Shown here one piece after another: positions 9,923 to 18,720 of a stretch of DNA of 64,000 nucleotides. The first letter of the stretch is position 1. Each line of letters begins with the position of its first letter. The translations under genes were made by a program, and so were the position numbers. The notes under the pieces are model-generated. The model made no database searches, was not told where the DNA came from, and saw only the letters and a list, made by a program, of their open reading frames with translations. This DNA is from Nitrospirota bacterium. Its GTDB lineage: Bacteria > Nitrospinota_A > UBA7883. The stretch spans positions 74,577 to 138,576 of the forward strand of contig JAJRZK010000049.1 in the NCBI GenBank assembly GCA_024275315.1. Direction: 5' to 3'.

Positions 9923-10396
9923 ATGTTTGATATGGGGAAATTTATGGTTTCATTCAGATCGTTGGCCCTCCTGGCGGTAGCGGTTAATGTTTCCATTGCG
10001 CTATCGGCGAACACCGCGTTTTCAGAAACGATAGCGATAATAGTCAACCGCGACAACCCTGTGGAAAGCGTCACCGAGCAGGACCTGAAGAAATTTTATT
10101 CCGATATTTCCGTAAAGTGGTCCACCGGTGAGCGGGTAAAAATATACGATCTTCCCATCAACAACGAGGCCAGGAAAATATTTTCGGCGAAAATTCTGCA
10201 AAGAAGCCCTGAGGATGTGACTATGGAATGGGCGAATAAAAGAATAACCAACACAGCCAAAAATCCTCCCAATACCCTCAAATCCCAGGTGCTGATGCAA
10301 TCGAAGGTGGCGTCGGAAAAGGGGGGGCTCGGATATATGTTCGCCGACAAGGTTAACCACAAGAAAGTAAAAGTCGTCCTTACTATCAAAGAGTAG
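9923..10396 (+). CDS. Small secreted PstS/PBP-like (phosphate/phosphonate-binding-like) domain protein
   Basis: Signal peptide. 'IAIIVNRDNPV...L...F' pattern of periplasmic binding-domain proteins that often sit next to MCP/GGDEF sensors. Confidence 0.5.
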   Translation: MFDMGKFMVSFRSLALLAVAVNVSIALSANTAFSETIAIIVNRDNPVESVTEQDLKKFYSDISVKWSTGERVKIYDLPINNEARKIFSAKILQRSPEDVTMEWANKRITNTAKNPPNTLKSQVLMQSKVASEKGGLGYMFADKVNHKKVKVVLTIKE

Positions 10397-10432
10397 GTGG
10401 GCCTTGTCCGGTTTTCATTCTCGTCAGGGGCT

Positions 10433-11986
10433 ATGAAATTTAATATTTTAGGCAGAATCAGGATCAGGGCAAGGCTGATTATCGGCCTTGGCATACTGGT
10501 TTTGATGCTTGTTTACACCGGTGTGATGTGGCGCATCGCCTCGAAAAATATCATCAAGGGGCTTTACGACATCAGCGAAGTCCACTATCCACTCGCCGAA
10601 GCCAGCATGGAAATGCAAATGGCCATAATCCAGGTCCAGCAGTATTTCACCGATTTGTCCCTGAGCGGCGCGAAAAAGGATGAAAAAGAGGCTAACCGGT
10701 GGAAAGATCATTTCACGAAATACGCCCTTAAGGCCAGTGAAATCGCCGTAAACGACAAGATGAAAAAACAGATAGCCGACATCATGAATGATTTTGACAA
10801 ATATTTCAAAATGGCTGATGTCATGTCCAAGATTTACGCCGCCGAAGAGGACGAGGCGGGGTCGAGCATCAAAGTGGACGTGGACGCGTTTGTCGAGATC
10901 CTTCGCGGCAAGATCAACAACATTGTCAACATGACCAAGGCGAACATGATTGTGACCCTCGGGGAGACAAAGCGCATCACCAACACCACCGCCACCAGCA
11001 ACAACCTGCTTACCCTGATGATGTCGGTTATATCGATCGTCCTGGCGCTGATGCTGGCCAACTCCATCACCAGCCCCATCAACGACATAATTGTCAGGCT
11101 CAGGGCCATTGCCGAAGAGAGCGTCGCGGACCTGTCCAAAAGCATCAACGTGGAATCCAACGACGAGATTTCCGAGGTGGGTCAACTGTTCAACCAGTTC
11201 GTGGGAAAGATAAGGGCGCTTATAATACGGCTTGCCGATATGGCCGAGCACCTGGCCTCCGCCACGACGGAGCTTTCCGCCACGACAGAGCAGTTTTCGG
11301 GTCAGGCCAGGAGCCAGGCGGACCAGGTAAACCACATCACCCGCGACATAGAAGAGGTGAACAAGGCCGTGGCCAACATAGCCAGCAGGGCTGTGGACGT
11401 GGCTCGCACCTCCACGGAAACCCACGAGCTGGCTCTTGACGGCGGCAAAGTCATAAACAACAGTTCCGACGCTATAAAAAAGCTTTCGGACTATTCTTCC
11501 AAGATAGGCAACATTCTCCTTGTGATAGAGGACATAGCGAAAAAGACCGACCTGCTGGCGATCAACGCGGCCATCGAAGCCGCCAACGCTGGTGACCAGG
11601 GCAAAGGGTTTGCCGTGGTGGCCGAAGAGGTGAGAAAGCTGGCGGAGCGCACGACGCGGTCCATCGGCGAAATCAGCCGCATGATACAGGACATCCAGAC
11701 GTTCACGTCGGAAGCCGTCGATTCCATGAAGCACTCCAGCCAGGTGATGAGCAAGATCATTATCGAAGCCACGCAGGTCAACCAGATGATAGACGAGATC
11801 GCCGCGTCCACCGAGAAACAATCGGGGATAACCAACGGCATGTTGAAAAACGTGAGGTCTGTCCACGAGCTGAGCCAGGGGTTCGCTGAGCAGGCGGAAC
11901 AGTCCGAACAGGTCGCCAACGAGATTAACAACCAGTCGCTGAAACTGCAAAATGTCGTGGATGAGTTCAACGTTAATTCCAGGTAG
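10433..11986 (+). CDS. Methyl-accepting chemotaxis protein (2 TM, periplasmic helical sensor, HAMP, MCP signalling domain)
   Basis: ATG at 10433 is preceded by AGGGGC (the track's GTG at 10397 is an alternative). Conserved 'LLAINAAIEAANAGDQGKGFAVVAEEVRKLAERT'. Confidence 0.85.
   Translation: MKFNILGRIRIRARLIIGLGILVLMLVYTGVMWRIASKNIIKGLYDISEVHYPLAEASMEMQMAIIQVQQYFTDLSLSGAKKDEKEANRWKDHFTKYALKASEIAVNDKMKKQIADIMNDFDKYFKMADVMSKIYAAEEDEAGSSIKVDVDAFVEILRGKINNIVNMTKANMIVTLGETKRITNTTATSNNLLTLMMSVISIVLALMLANSITSPINDIIVRLRAIAEESVADLSKSINVESNDEISEVGQLFNQFVGKIRALIIRLADMAEHLASATTELSATTEQFSGQARSQADQVNHITRDIEEVNKAVANIASRAVDVARTSTETHELALDGGKVINNSSDAIKKLSDYSSKIGNILLVIEDIAKKTDLLAINAAIEAANAGDQGKGFAVVAEEVRKLAERTTRSIGEISRMIQDIQTFTSEAVDSMKHSSQVMSKIIIEATQVNQMIDEIAASTEKQSGITNGMLKNVRSVHELSQGFAEQAEQSEQVANEINNQSLKLQNVVDEFNVNSR
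11240..11950 (+). repeat. Copy 1 of an about 0.7-kb near-identical duplicated segment (MCP signalling domain)
   Basis: Nucleotide-level near-identity with 12880-13585, e.g. 'gccgagcacctggcctccgccacgacggagctttccgccacgacagagcagttttc'. Confidence 0.8.
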
Positions 11987-12077
11987 CGTGGTCCTGGGCG
12001 CATCGTTGACACCGGCATGACGAAAACAATCCGGGGATATGCCGGTCGCGGAATTGACACCCGGTAAGATTTGACAT

Positions 12078-13793
12078 ATGGCCGGAAAACTGCACTTCTC
12101 AAAATCACTGAAATTCAGGCTCCTGGTCCTGATAGGCCTGCTTTTTACACTATTTTCCATCTTCAACATGTACATCGCCGTATCCGACCAGAGACAGCAG
12201 GCGCTGAAACAGGCCCGAACAATTTCCGAGAGCGCCGCCAACGCCATGCTTAACGCTTTGAACATTATGATGATCCAGGACACCATCGCCCAGCGGAAAC
12301 AGTTTTTGCGGATGATGAAAGACAACCTCGGTTTCGACGAGATCAGGGTTTTCAGGAGTGAATCGGTCACAAGGCAATATGGTCCCGGGCTTGAAGGTGA
12401 ACAACCGGTGAACAGCGCCGAAAAAGAAGTGCTTGAAAACGGGAAACCAAGGTTCGATGTCATCAAAACCCCGCAAGGCAGGAAATTCCGCGCGATGGTC
12501 CCTTTCCTGATGGTCAAGGACAGGTCCGGCGTCAACTGTCTGGATTGTCATGACGGAAAAGTCGGCACCGTAAACGGCGGTGTGAGCATCCTGATGGGCA
12601 TGAAAGAGATAGACGCCGCGCTTTTCACCAACCTCACCGAGCTTGTCATCATCAATCTGCTGGGGCTGGTGGCTCTTCTGGCGAGTATATTGTTCATCCA
12701 GCAAAAGCTGGTTCTCGGTCCCCTGTCCACCATGCGCGAAACCATGGAGTCCGTGGAGCGCGACTCCGACCTGCGCAGGAGTATCGAGATTAAGTCTGAT
12801 AACGAAGTGGGCATGATGTCGAGCGCGTTTAACAAGATGATGCAAAAATTCCAGGCCATCATCGGCCAGATGGCCAGAACAGCCGAGCACCTGGCCTCCG
12901 CCACGACGGAGCTTTCCGCCACGACAGAGCAGTTTTCAAGCCAGGCCAGGAGCCAGGCGGACCAGGTAAACCACATCACCCGCGATATAGAAGAGGTGAA
13001 CAAGGCCGTGGCCAACATAGCTCAAAGCACCGTGGATGTGGCTCGCACCTCCACGCAAACCCACGAGCTGGCCCTCGACGGCGGCAAAGTCATAAACAAC
13101 AGTTCCTACGCCATAAAAAAGCTTTCGGACTATTCCTCCAAGATAGGCAATATCCTTCTCGTGGTGGAGGACATAGCGAAAAAGACCGACCTGCTGGCGA
13201 TCAACGCGGCCATCGAAGCCGCCAACGCTGGTGAACAGGGCAAAGGTTTCGCCGTGGTGGCCGAGGAGGTGAGAAAGCTGGCGGAGCGCACGACGCGGTC
13301 CATCGGCGAAATCAGCCGCATGATACAGGACATCCGGTCGTTCACGTCGGAAGCTGTCGATTCCATGAAGCATTCCAGTGAAGTCATGAACAAGATCATT
13401 CTTGAAACGACCAGGGTCAACGAAATGGTGGACGGGATAGCGACCTCCACCGACAAGCAATCGGGAATAACCAGCGGCATGCTGGCGAAAGTAAGATCGG
13501 TCCACGAGCTGAGCCAGGGGTTCGCCGCGCAGGCGGAACAGTCCGAACAGGTCGCCAACGAGATTAACGACCAGTCGCTGAAACTTCAGGAATGGGTCGA
13601 CCAGTTCCACATAGACTACAAATCGTACGGCGACCCGTCCGACGGGGGCGGCCTGTCCGACGGGGGCGGCCCGTCCGACGGGGGCGGCCTGTCCGACGGG
13701 GGCGGCCTGTCCGACGGGGGCGGCCTGTCCGCTGGGGGCGGCCCGCCCGACGACAGGAAAATCGACGAGATGGACCAACCCTGGACGAGATGA
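12078..13793 (+). CDS. Methyl-accepting chemotaxis protein with periplasmic CXXCH (c-type heme) sensor domain and a C-terminal (SDGGGL)n repeat tail
   Basis: TM1 'FRLLVLIGLLFTLFSIF'. Periplasmic 'GVNCLDCHDG'. TM2, HAMP, and a signalling domain about 95% identical to the upstream MCP. C-terminus 'DGGGLSDGGGPSDGGGLSDGGGLSDGGGLSAGGGPPDD'. Confidence 0.85.
   Translation: MAGKLHFSKSLKFRLLVLIGLLFTLFSIFNMYIAVSDQRQQALKQARTISESAANAMLNALNIMMIQDTIAQRKQFLRMMKDNLGFDEIRVFRSESVTRQYGPGLEGEQPVNSAEKEVLENGKPRFDVIKTPQGRKFRAMVPFLMVKDRSGVNCLDCHDGKVGTVNGGVSILMGMKEIDAALFTNLTELVIINLLGLVALLASILFIQQKLVLGPLSTMRETMESVERDSDLRRSIEIKSDNEVGMMSSAFNKMMQKFQAIIGQMARTAEHLASATTELSATTEQFSSQARSQADQVNHITRDIEEVNKAVANIAQSTVDVARTSTQTHELALDGGKVINNSSYAIKKLSDYSSKIGNILLVVEDIAKKTDLLAINAAIEAANAGEQGKGFAVVAEEVRKLAERTTRSIGEISRMIQDIRSFTSEAVDSMKHSSEVMNKIILETTRVNEMVDGIATSTDKQSGITSGMLAKVRSVHELSQGFAAQAEQSEQVANEINDQSLKLQEWVDQFHIDYKSYGDPSDGGGLSDGGGPSDGGGLSDGGGLSDGGGLSAGGGPPDDRKIDEMDQPWTR
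12880..13585 (+). repeat. Copy 2 of the duplicated MCP signalling-domain segment
   Basis: See copy 1. Only scattered substitutions. Confidence 0.8.
13632..13752 (+). repeat. 18-bp tandem repeat (about 6.5 copies) encoding the (S/P)DGGGL tail of the MCP
   Basis: 'ccgtccgacgggggcggc' / 'ctgtccgacgggggcggc' units are visible directly in the sequence. Confidence 0.85.
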
Positions 13794-13844
13794 CAGATTC
13801 CCGAAACCGCATAGCCGGTTTTGCGCTGAAAAGGGAGCTTGGGT

Positions 13845-14150
13845 TTAATCCTTGAACATTTTCAGGAAACCGAGCAACCTTCCACCGTCATCGGACATGA
13901 TCTCCTCGAGCTCTCCGGCGTCGAGCCAAACACCGTCGCAACCGGAGCATTTGTCTATCTTTATATTCTTGTGGTCGATTTCTATCAGATGCATTCCACA
14001 TTTCGGACAACACATGTAATGCAGGTCACGAAGCCTGTTTTTCTCCGCTTCCGCCATTGCCCGCTGTTTTTCCTCGTCCAGTTTTTTATTGCGTTCAAAT
14101 TCTCTCTTGGCGAAATATTCGTCCTCTTTCGAGCTAGGCCTGTCTATCAC
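13845..14150 (-). CDS. Zinc-ribbon (zf-TFIIB-like) domain protein
   Basis: 'CPKCG...CSGCDGVWLDAGELE' is a four-Cys zinc-ribbon signature. 101 aa. Confidence 0.6.
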   Translation of the reverse strand: MIDRPSSKEDEYFAKREFERNKKLDEEKQRAMAEAEKNRLRDLHYMCCPKCGMHLIEIDHKNIKIDKCSGCDGVWLDAGELEEIMSDDGGRLLGFLKMFKD

Positions 14151-14336
14151 TTTATAAAACCCCCAAAGGAATAATTAACAAACAATCCACGGATTCTATC
14201 CGCCTTGCAACCCGTGGTCAACTCGATTAACCGGGCGGCCCCCTTTCGGGATTTTGTTCATGTGTCACGCTGACCCTGCGGCCGGTTGCAGGGGTATAAT
14301 AGAGATGATAGGCAAAACAGCGTGACAGGTTATATT

Positions 14337-15443
14337 ATGACTGGCAAAAAAGTGAGCGTTTTCGCCAAAGATCCGGAGCCCGGTGTGCTGGACCAGTTCT
14401 ATTCCGCGGTCAACCAGGGGTTCACCGTCCAGGCGGCGTTGATGCCGGACGCTCATTTCGGCTATACCCTTCCCATAGGCGCGGTGGTGGCCACCGACTC
14501 GGTTATATTGCCCTCCTGGGTGGGGTACGATATCGGGTGCGGCATGGTGGCCGCGCGGACGACGCTTGGCAGGAGCGAAATCGAGCCGTACCGTGAAAAA
14601 ATCTTCAACGGGATTTACCGCGCTGTTCCCACCGGGTACGCCCATAACAAACACGACAGCCAATGGGACCACGCGAAGATACCGATGACATCGGCGTTGA
14701 GAAAAATATTCGAGCGAAACGGACTCAGGCAGATTGGCACGCTCGGCGGCGGCAACCATTTCATAGAAATCAGCCACGACGAGTCTGGCGCCGTATGGGT
14801 GGTTATACATTCCGGTAGCCGCAACGTGGGGCATTCTGTCGCCACGCACTACATGAAGCTGGCCTCCGGCGGGAAGAAAGCGAGAGAGGGTCATTTTGGG
14901 TTCAACGTGAACTCGTCCGCCGGTAGGGACTATATCATGGATATGAAGTTTTGCGTCGAGTTCGCGCTGGAAAACAGGAAACGAATGATCAACCGCGTTG
15001 TGCGGGAGATATATCATCACCTCGGCAAAGACGAGGAGCCGGAGACCCTGGCGTTTATCAACCGCACCCATAACCATGCCGAGCTGAAGGACGGCGTGTG
15101 GATACATCGCAAAGGCGCCACACACGCTGAAAAGGGGATGGAAGGGGTGATCCCGGGCAACATGCGTGATGGCAGTTTTATCGTGGTAGGCAAGGGCGAC
15201 CCGGACAGCCTGTTCTCCAGCTCCCACGGAGCCGGCAGGGCGTTGAGCCGCAAAAAGGCGAAGGCTACGATTGACATGGCGAAATTCGCGCGACAGATGG
15301 AGGGGATCACCTCCAGGGTGAGACCCTCCACCATCGATGAAGCGCCGGAGGCTTACAAGGATATTTACGAAATAATGGAACAGCAGAAAAAATTGGTGAC
15401 AGTTACAAGCCATCTCAAACCGATCATCAACATCAAGGCGTGA
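14337..15443 (+). CDS. rtcB: RNA-splicing ligase RtcB
   Basis: 'MPDAHFGYTLPIGAV', 'GGGNHFIE', 'SSHGAGR' and 'HNHAE' match the RtcB metal-binding and active-site motifs. A TATAAT-like box lies at about 14296-14301. Confidence 0.85.
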   Translation: MTGKKVSVFAKDPEPGVLDQFYSAVNQGFTVQAALMPDAHFGYTLPIGAVVATDSVILPSWVGYDIGCGMVAARTTLGRSEIEPYREKIFNGIYRAVPTGYAHNKHDSQWDHAKIPMTSALRKIFERNGLRQIGTLGGGNHFIEISHDESGAVWVVIHSGSRNVGHSVATHYMKLASGGKKAREGHFGFNVNSSAGRDYIMDMKFCVEFALENRKRMINRVVREIYHHLGKDEEPETLAFINRTHNHAELKDGVWIHRKGATHAEKGMEGVIPGNMRDGSFIVVGKGDPDSLFSSSHGAGRALSRKKAKATIDMAKFARQMEGITSRVRPSTIDEAPEAYKDIYEIMEQQKKLVTVTSHLKPIINIKA

Positions 15444-15878
15444 CGCTGTTAACATGGCGCAAGGAGCAGAGGCGCCGTTATGGCGCGCGGTAATCGTGGA
15501 TTCGCAGATTTGTCTGGACAATGTTCTGGGGTTGCTGTAGTATCCAACGGACAGTGGGATTCAACTTCGGATGCACTGAATTTTAGTTTAGTTAGAACTT
15601 GCGGATACATCGCCTGCCTGCGTTTTCTCCTAAAATTAAAAAGTCTTTTCCCGACAAGGGCGATAAGGACAAACTGACCAGGGGTTGGTATGTCATTAAA
15701 GAAATGGAAAGGATAACAGGAACATTTATACAGAGAATCCGCCATTCCCGGCCCACGAGGAGACTGTGCAAAAGGTGTTCGGGTCTTTCGGTGAAATTAA
15801 ATCACGAAAGCCGGATACCGATCGGAAGACCGCGCGCTTGTAGCTCGCATTTGCTTTTACAATTTAAACAGAAAAAAT

Positions 15879-17183
15879 ATGGAAAACCAAACATTTGAAA
15901 ATCTTGAATTAATACCTCCCTTAAGGCGCGCCCTGCGCGGTGAGGGGTATAAGGAACCCACACCCATACAAATCTCCGCAATCCCGCACCTGATAGATGG
16001 TAGGGACCTGCTGGGATTGGCGCAGACCGGCACAGGCAAGACAGCCGCGTTCGCCTTGCCGACGTTGCAACGTCTGGCGGACGAGACCAGGCGTGTTCCA
16101 CGCGCTCCCAGGGCGTTGATACTTGCCCCCACACGAGAGTTGGCGGTGCAGGTCGGGCGCAGTTTCGACGTATACGGCAGATACGTAAAGCTGAAAAACA
16201 CCGTGATCTATGGCGGTGTCGGACAGACGCCGCAGGCTCGCGCGCTCGCACGCGGTGTGGATATTGTAATCGCCACGCCGGGCAGGTTGCTGGACTTGAT
16301 GGGGCAGGGGCTGCTTACGCTGGATCGGGTTGAAATATTCATACTCGACGAAGCGGACAGAATGCTCGACATGGGGTTCATCAACGACGTCAACAAAATA
16401 GCCGAGGCGGTTCCGTCACAACGGCAAACCATGCTCTTCTCGGCGACCATGATGCCGGCGGTGTCGAAGCTGGCCGACAACATGCTCAACGACCCGGTGA
16501 AAGTCTCCGTCGATCCCATTTCCTCCGCCGTGGAGCTTATAGAACAAAAAGTGATGTTCGTGGACCACTCCAACAAAGAAGCGCTTCTGCGAGAGTTGCT
16601 CAAGGACAAATCCGTTGTGCGTGCGCTGGTTTTTACACGCACCAAGCACAGGGCCAACCGCGTGGCCGACAAGCTCAACCGGTACAAGATTCACGCCGAG
16701 GCGATACACGGAAACAAGTCGCAGGGAGCGCGCCAGCAGGCGCTGGATAATTTCAGCTCCGGCAAGTCCCGTGTCCTGGTGGCCACCGATATCGCCGCTA
16801 GGGGTATCGACATCGACGGGATCAGTCACGTCATCAACTTCGAGTTGCCGGACGAGCCTGAAAGCTATGTGCACAGGATCGGCCGGACAGGCAGGGCCGG
16901 CGCGGCGGGTATGGCCATTACATTTTGCGACATAGGTGAGCGTTCTCATCTGAACACCATCCAGCGCGTGATAAAGTCAACCGTGCCGGTGGATGAAAAA
17001 CACCCTTTCCACTCTGTCGCGGCGGCGGCGGCTTCTTCTTTTCCCTCTTATATCCGAACCAGGCGCGGCAACGGCTATGGGGGCGGGGGCGGCCGGGGCT
17101 CGTATGGGGCCAAAAAACCGTCCGGACGTGGACGAAGAGATTCGAGGGTGGGGTCTTACGGCCGTAGCCAGCGGAGACCATAA
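15879..17183 (+). CDS. DEAD-box ATP-dependent RNA helicase (RhlE/DeaD-like) with RGG/Gly-Arg-rich C-terminal tail
   Basis: Q-motif, 'AQTGTGKT', 'DEAD', 'SAT', '[10 protein letters not shown]'. Tail '[16 protein letters not shown]...'. A 430-nt upstream untranslated region. Confidence 0.9.
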   Translation: MENQTFENLELIPPLRRALRGEGYKEPTPIQISAIPHLIDGRDLLGLAQTGTGKTAAFALPTLQRLADETRRVPRAPRALILAPTRELAVQVGRSFDVYGRYVKLKNTVIYGGVGQTPQARALARGVDIVIATPGRLLDLMGQGLLTLDRVEIFILDEADRMLDMGFINDVNKIAEAVPSQRQTMLFSATMMPAVSKLADNMLNDPVKVSVDPISSAVELIEQKVMFVDHSNKEALLRELLKDKSVVRALVFTRTKHRANRVADKLNRYKIHAEAIHGNKSQGARQQALDNFSSGKSRVLVATDIAARGIDIDGISHVINFELPDEPESYVHRIGRTGRAGAAGMAITFCDIGERSHLNTIQRVIKSTVPVDEKHPFHSVAAAAASSFPSYIRTRRGNGYGGGGGRGSYGAKKPSGRGRRDSRVGSYGRSQRRP

Positions 17184-17187
17184 CGGC

Positions 17188-17452
17188 TGGTTTCGAACGG
17201 AACGGCCTGTCTTACCGGGCTGTCACTATCGATAAATTGATATCCGCATAAAAGAATAGCTGCTGGTTCCGGGCGAAACGGTCTGTCTTGCCGGGCTGTC
17301 ACTATCGATAAATTGATATCCGCATAAAAGAATAGCTGCTGGTTTCGAACAGAACGGCCTGTCTTACCGGGCTGTCACTATCGATAAATTGATATCCGCA
17401 CAAAGAATAGCGGCTGACCCCGGGCGGAACGGTCTGCTTTACCTGTGGGTGT
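17188..17452. repeat. Intergenic tandem repeat, 76-bp unit x about 3.5, between convergent helicase and yqgE-like genes
   Basis: Units at 17188-17263, 17264-17339 and 17340-17414, plus a partial fourth. Unit core 'gtcttaccgggctgtcactatcgataaattgatatccgcataaaagaatagc'. Confidence 0.8.
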
Positions 17453-18116
17453 ATTGCGGATTTTTTCCGGTTGGGGAGAATATCCATTGTTCGGGTTTCG
17501 GCTCAAACGACAGGTCCCGCCACAGGTGGGAAATATCTTTCCTGAAAATTTCATCAACCCTCGCCTTGAAGATTTTCCAGTCTCCCCGGGCGATCTCATA
17601 ATCGAGCTGGCCGGGAGCCCATCCGGAATACCCGGCGTATCCCCTGGCGTCGGTTCCCGGGGTTTTGAAAAGGTGGGCCAGCTTTTTTATGTTTACACTG
17701 ATAAACACGTCGCCAAACACTTTGTCGGTTTCGTCCGCGGCGGGCTTTTCCTTGCTTCGAAACAGCATGACGAACATGTTCGAAGAGACCGGCCCGCCGT
17801 AATAAAGCAACTCGTCCAGACTTTGTAGCTCGTCTATGTCGGGTAGGGCGCGCGCAAGGGAAACGTCGGTCGGGTGATTGATGATAATCCCCACGGAGCC
17901 GTCTGCGCCATAATGGGTGATGAGGATGACGGATTGGTAAAAACGTGGATCGGGCATCTCCTTGTTTGCCACCAGGAACACTCCCTGCGCCGGGTCTATC
18001 TTTAAACCGGAGCTTCTCCCGTGAGACAATCCCGTCGCGGCTGTCGGGGTTGGCGTGGAGAGGATCGCAAATATTGCAAAATGGGATGAAAACAGGAGCC
18101 CGGCTATTTGTTTCAT
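17439..18116 (-). CDS. YqgE/AlgH-family (UPF0301) protein with N-terminal signal/anchor
   Basis: 'FLVANKEMPDPRFYQSVILITHYGADGSVGIIINHP' is typical of AlgH/YqgE. The 3' end runs into the 76-bp repeat array. Confidence 0.65.
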   Translation of the reverse strand: MKQIAGLLFSSHFAIFAILSTPTPTAATGLSHGRSSGLKIDPAQGVFLVANKEMPDPRFYQSVILITHYGADGSVGIIINHPTDVSLARALPDIDELQSLDELLYYGGPVSSNMFVMLFRSKEKPAADETDKVFGDVFISVNIKKLAHLFKTPGTDARGYAGYSGWAPGQLDYEIARGDWKIFKARVDEIFRKDISHLWRDLSFEPKPEQWIFSPTGKNPQYTHR

Positions 18117-18311
18117 ACGCGACCACTCAGGATATATCTGTTAATCAGCCTCCTAGCCTAACGCAAAAAAAGGGCTATTAAAACGAAAAATTCTCTCTTT
18201 ATACGCACACCGGTCACGCCTGAAATGTGCATGCCGAAAAAATAAAAAAAACATCCATAAAGCCTCCGGCCGCGGCGGAATTGATGTAGAATTGAAAACG
18301 TCGGTTTTAAC

Positions 18312-18660
18312 TATCGCCCTCGCGACTCGGGTGTCGCCCTCGCGACTCGGGTGTCGCCCTCGCGACTCGGGTGTCGCCCTCGCGACTCGGGTGTCGCCCT
18401 CGCGACTTGGGTGCCACACTCGCGACTTGGGTGCCACACTCGCGACTTGGGTGCCACACTCGCGACTTGGGTGTCACACTCGCGACTTGGGTGTCACACT
18501 CGCGACTTGGGTGCCACACTCGCGACTTGGGTGCCACACTCGCGACTCGGGTGTCGCCCTCGCGACTCGGGTGTCGCCCTCGCGACTCGGGTGTCGCCCT
18601 CGCGACTTGGGTGTCGCCCTCGCGACTTGGGTGTCGCCCTCGCGACTTGGGTGTCGTCGG
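18312..18660. repeat. GC-rich 20-bp minisatellite, about 17 copies, with block-ordered unit variants, upstream of a diheme cytochrome c gene
   Basis: Perfect 20-nt register. Units A 'cgcgactcgggtgtcgccct' x4, B 'cgcgacttgggtgccacact' x3, C 'cgcgacttgggtgtcacact' x2, B x2, A x3, D 'cgcgacttgggtgtcgccct' x2, then a degenerate unit. Confidence 0.9.
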
Positions 18661-18720
18661 GTTTGCTTTATGGACGCGCCATCGAAATATCCGGCTGTAG
18701 CCCTGAATCATGGTCAGATA

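Noticed and set aside
10448-13778. Long antisense ORFs (10448-12535 -, 695 aa; 12936-13778 -; 12150-12890 -; 11491-12108 -) overlapping the two MCP genes
   Set aside because: The MCPs on the plus strand have unmistakable conserved domains. The antisense ORFs have no motifs and arise from GC-rich, stop-poor sequence.
13564-13855. ORFs 13564-13812 (-) and 13592-13855 (+) encoding 'RPRRTGRP' / 'RGRPVRRG' repeats
   Set aside because: These are antisense or out-of-frame readings of the 18-bp (SDGGGL) repeat at the 3' end of the MCP gene. They are artefacts.
17188-18660. Possibility that the 76-bp or 20-bp arrays are CRISPR arrays
   Set aside because: Units are directly adjacent with no unique spacers, and no cas genes are nearby. 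They are tandem repeats, not CRISPR.
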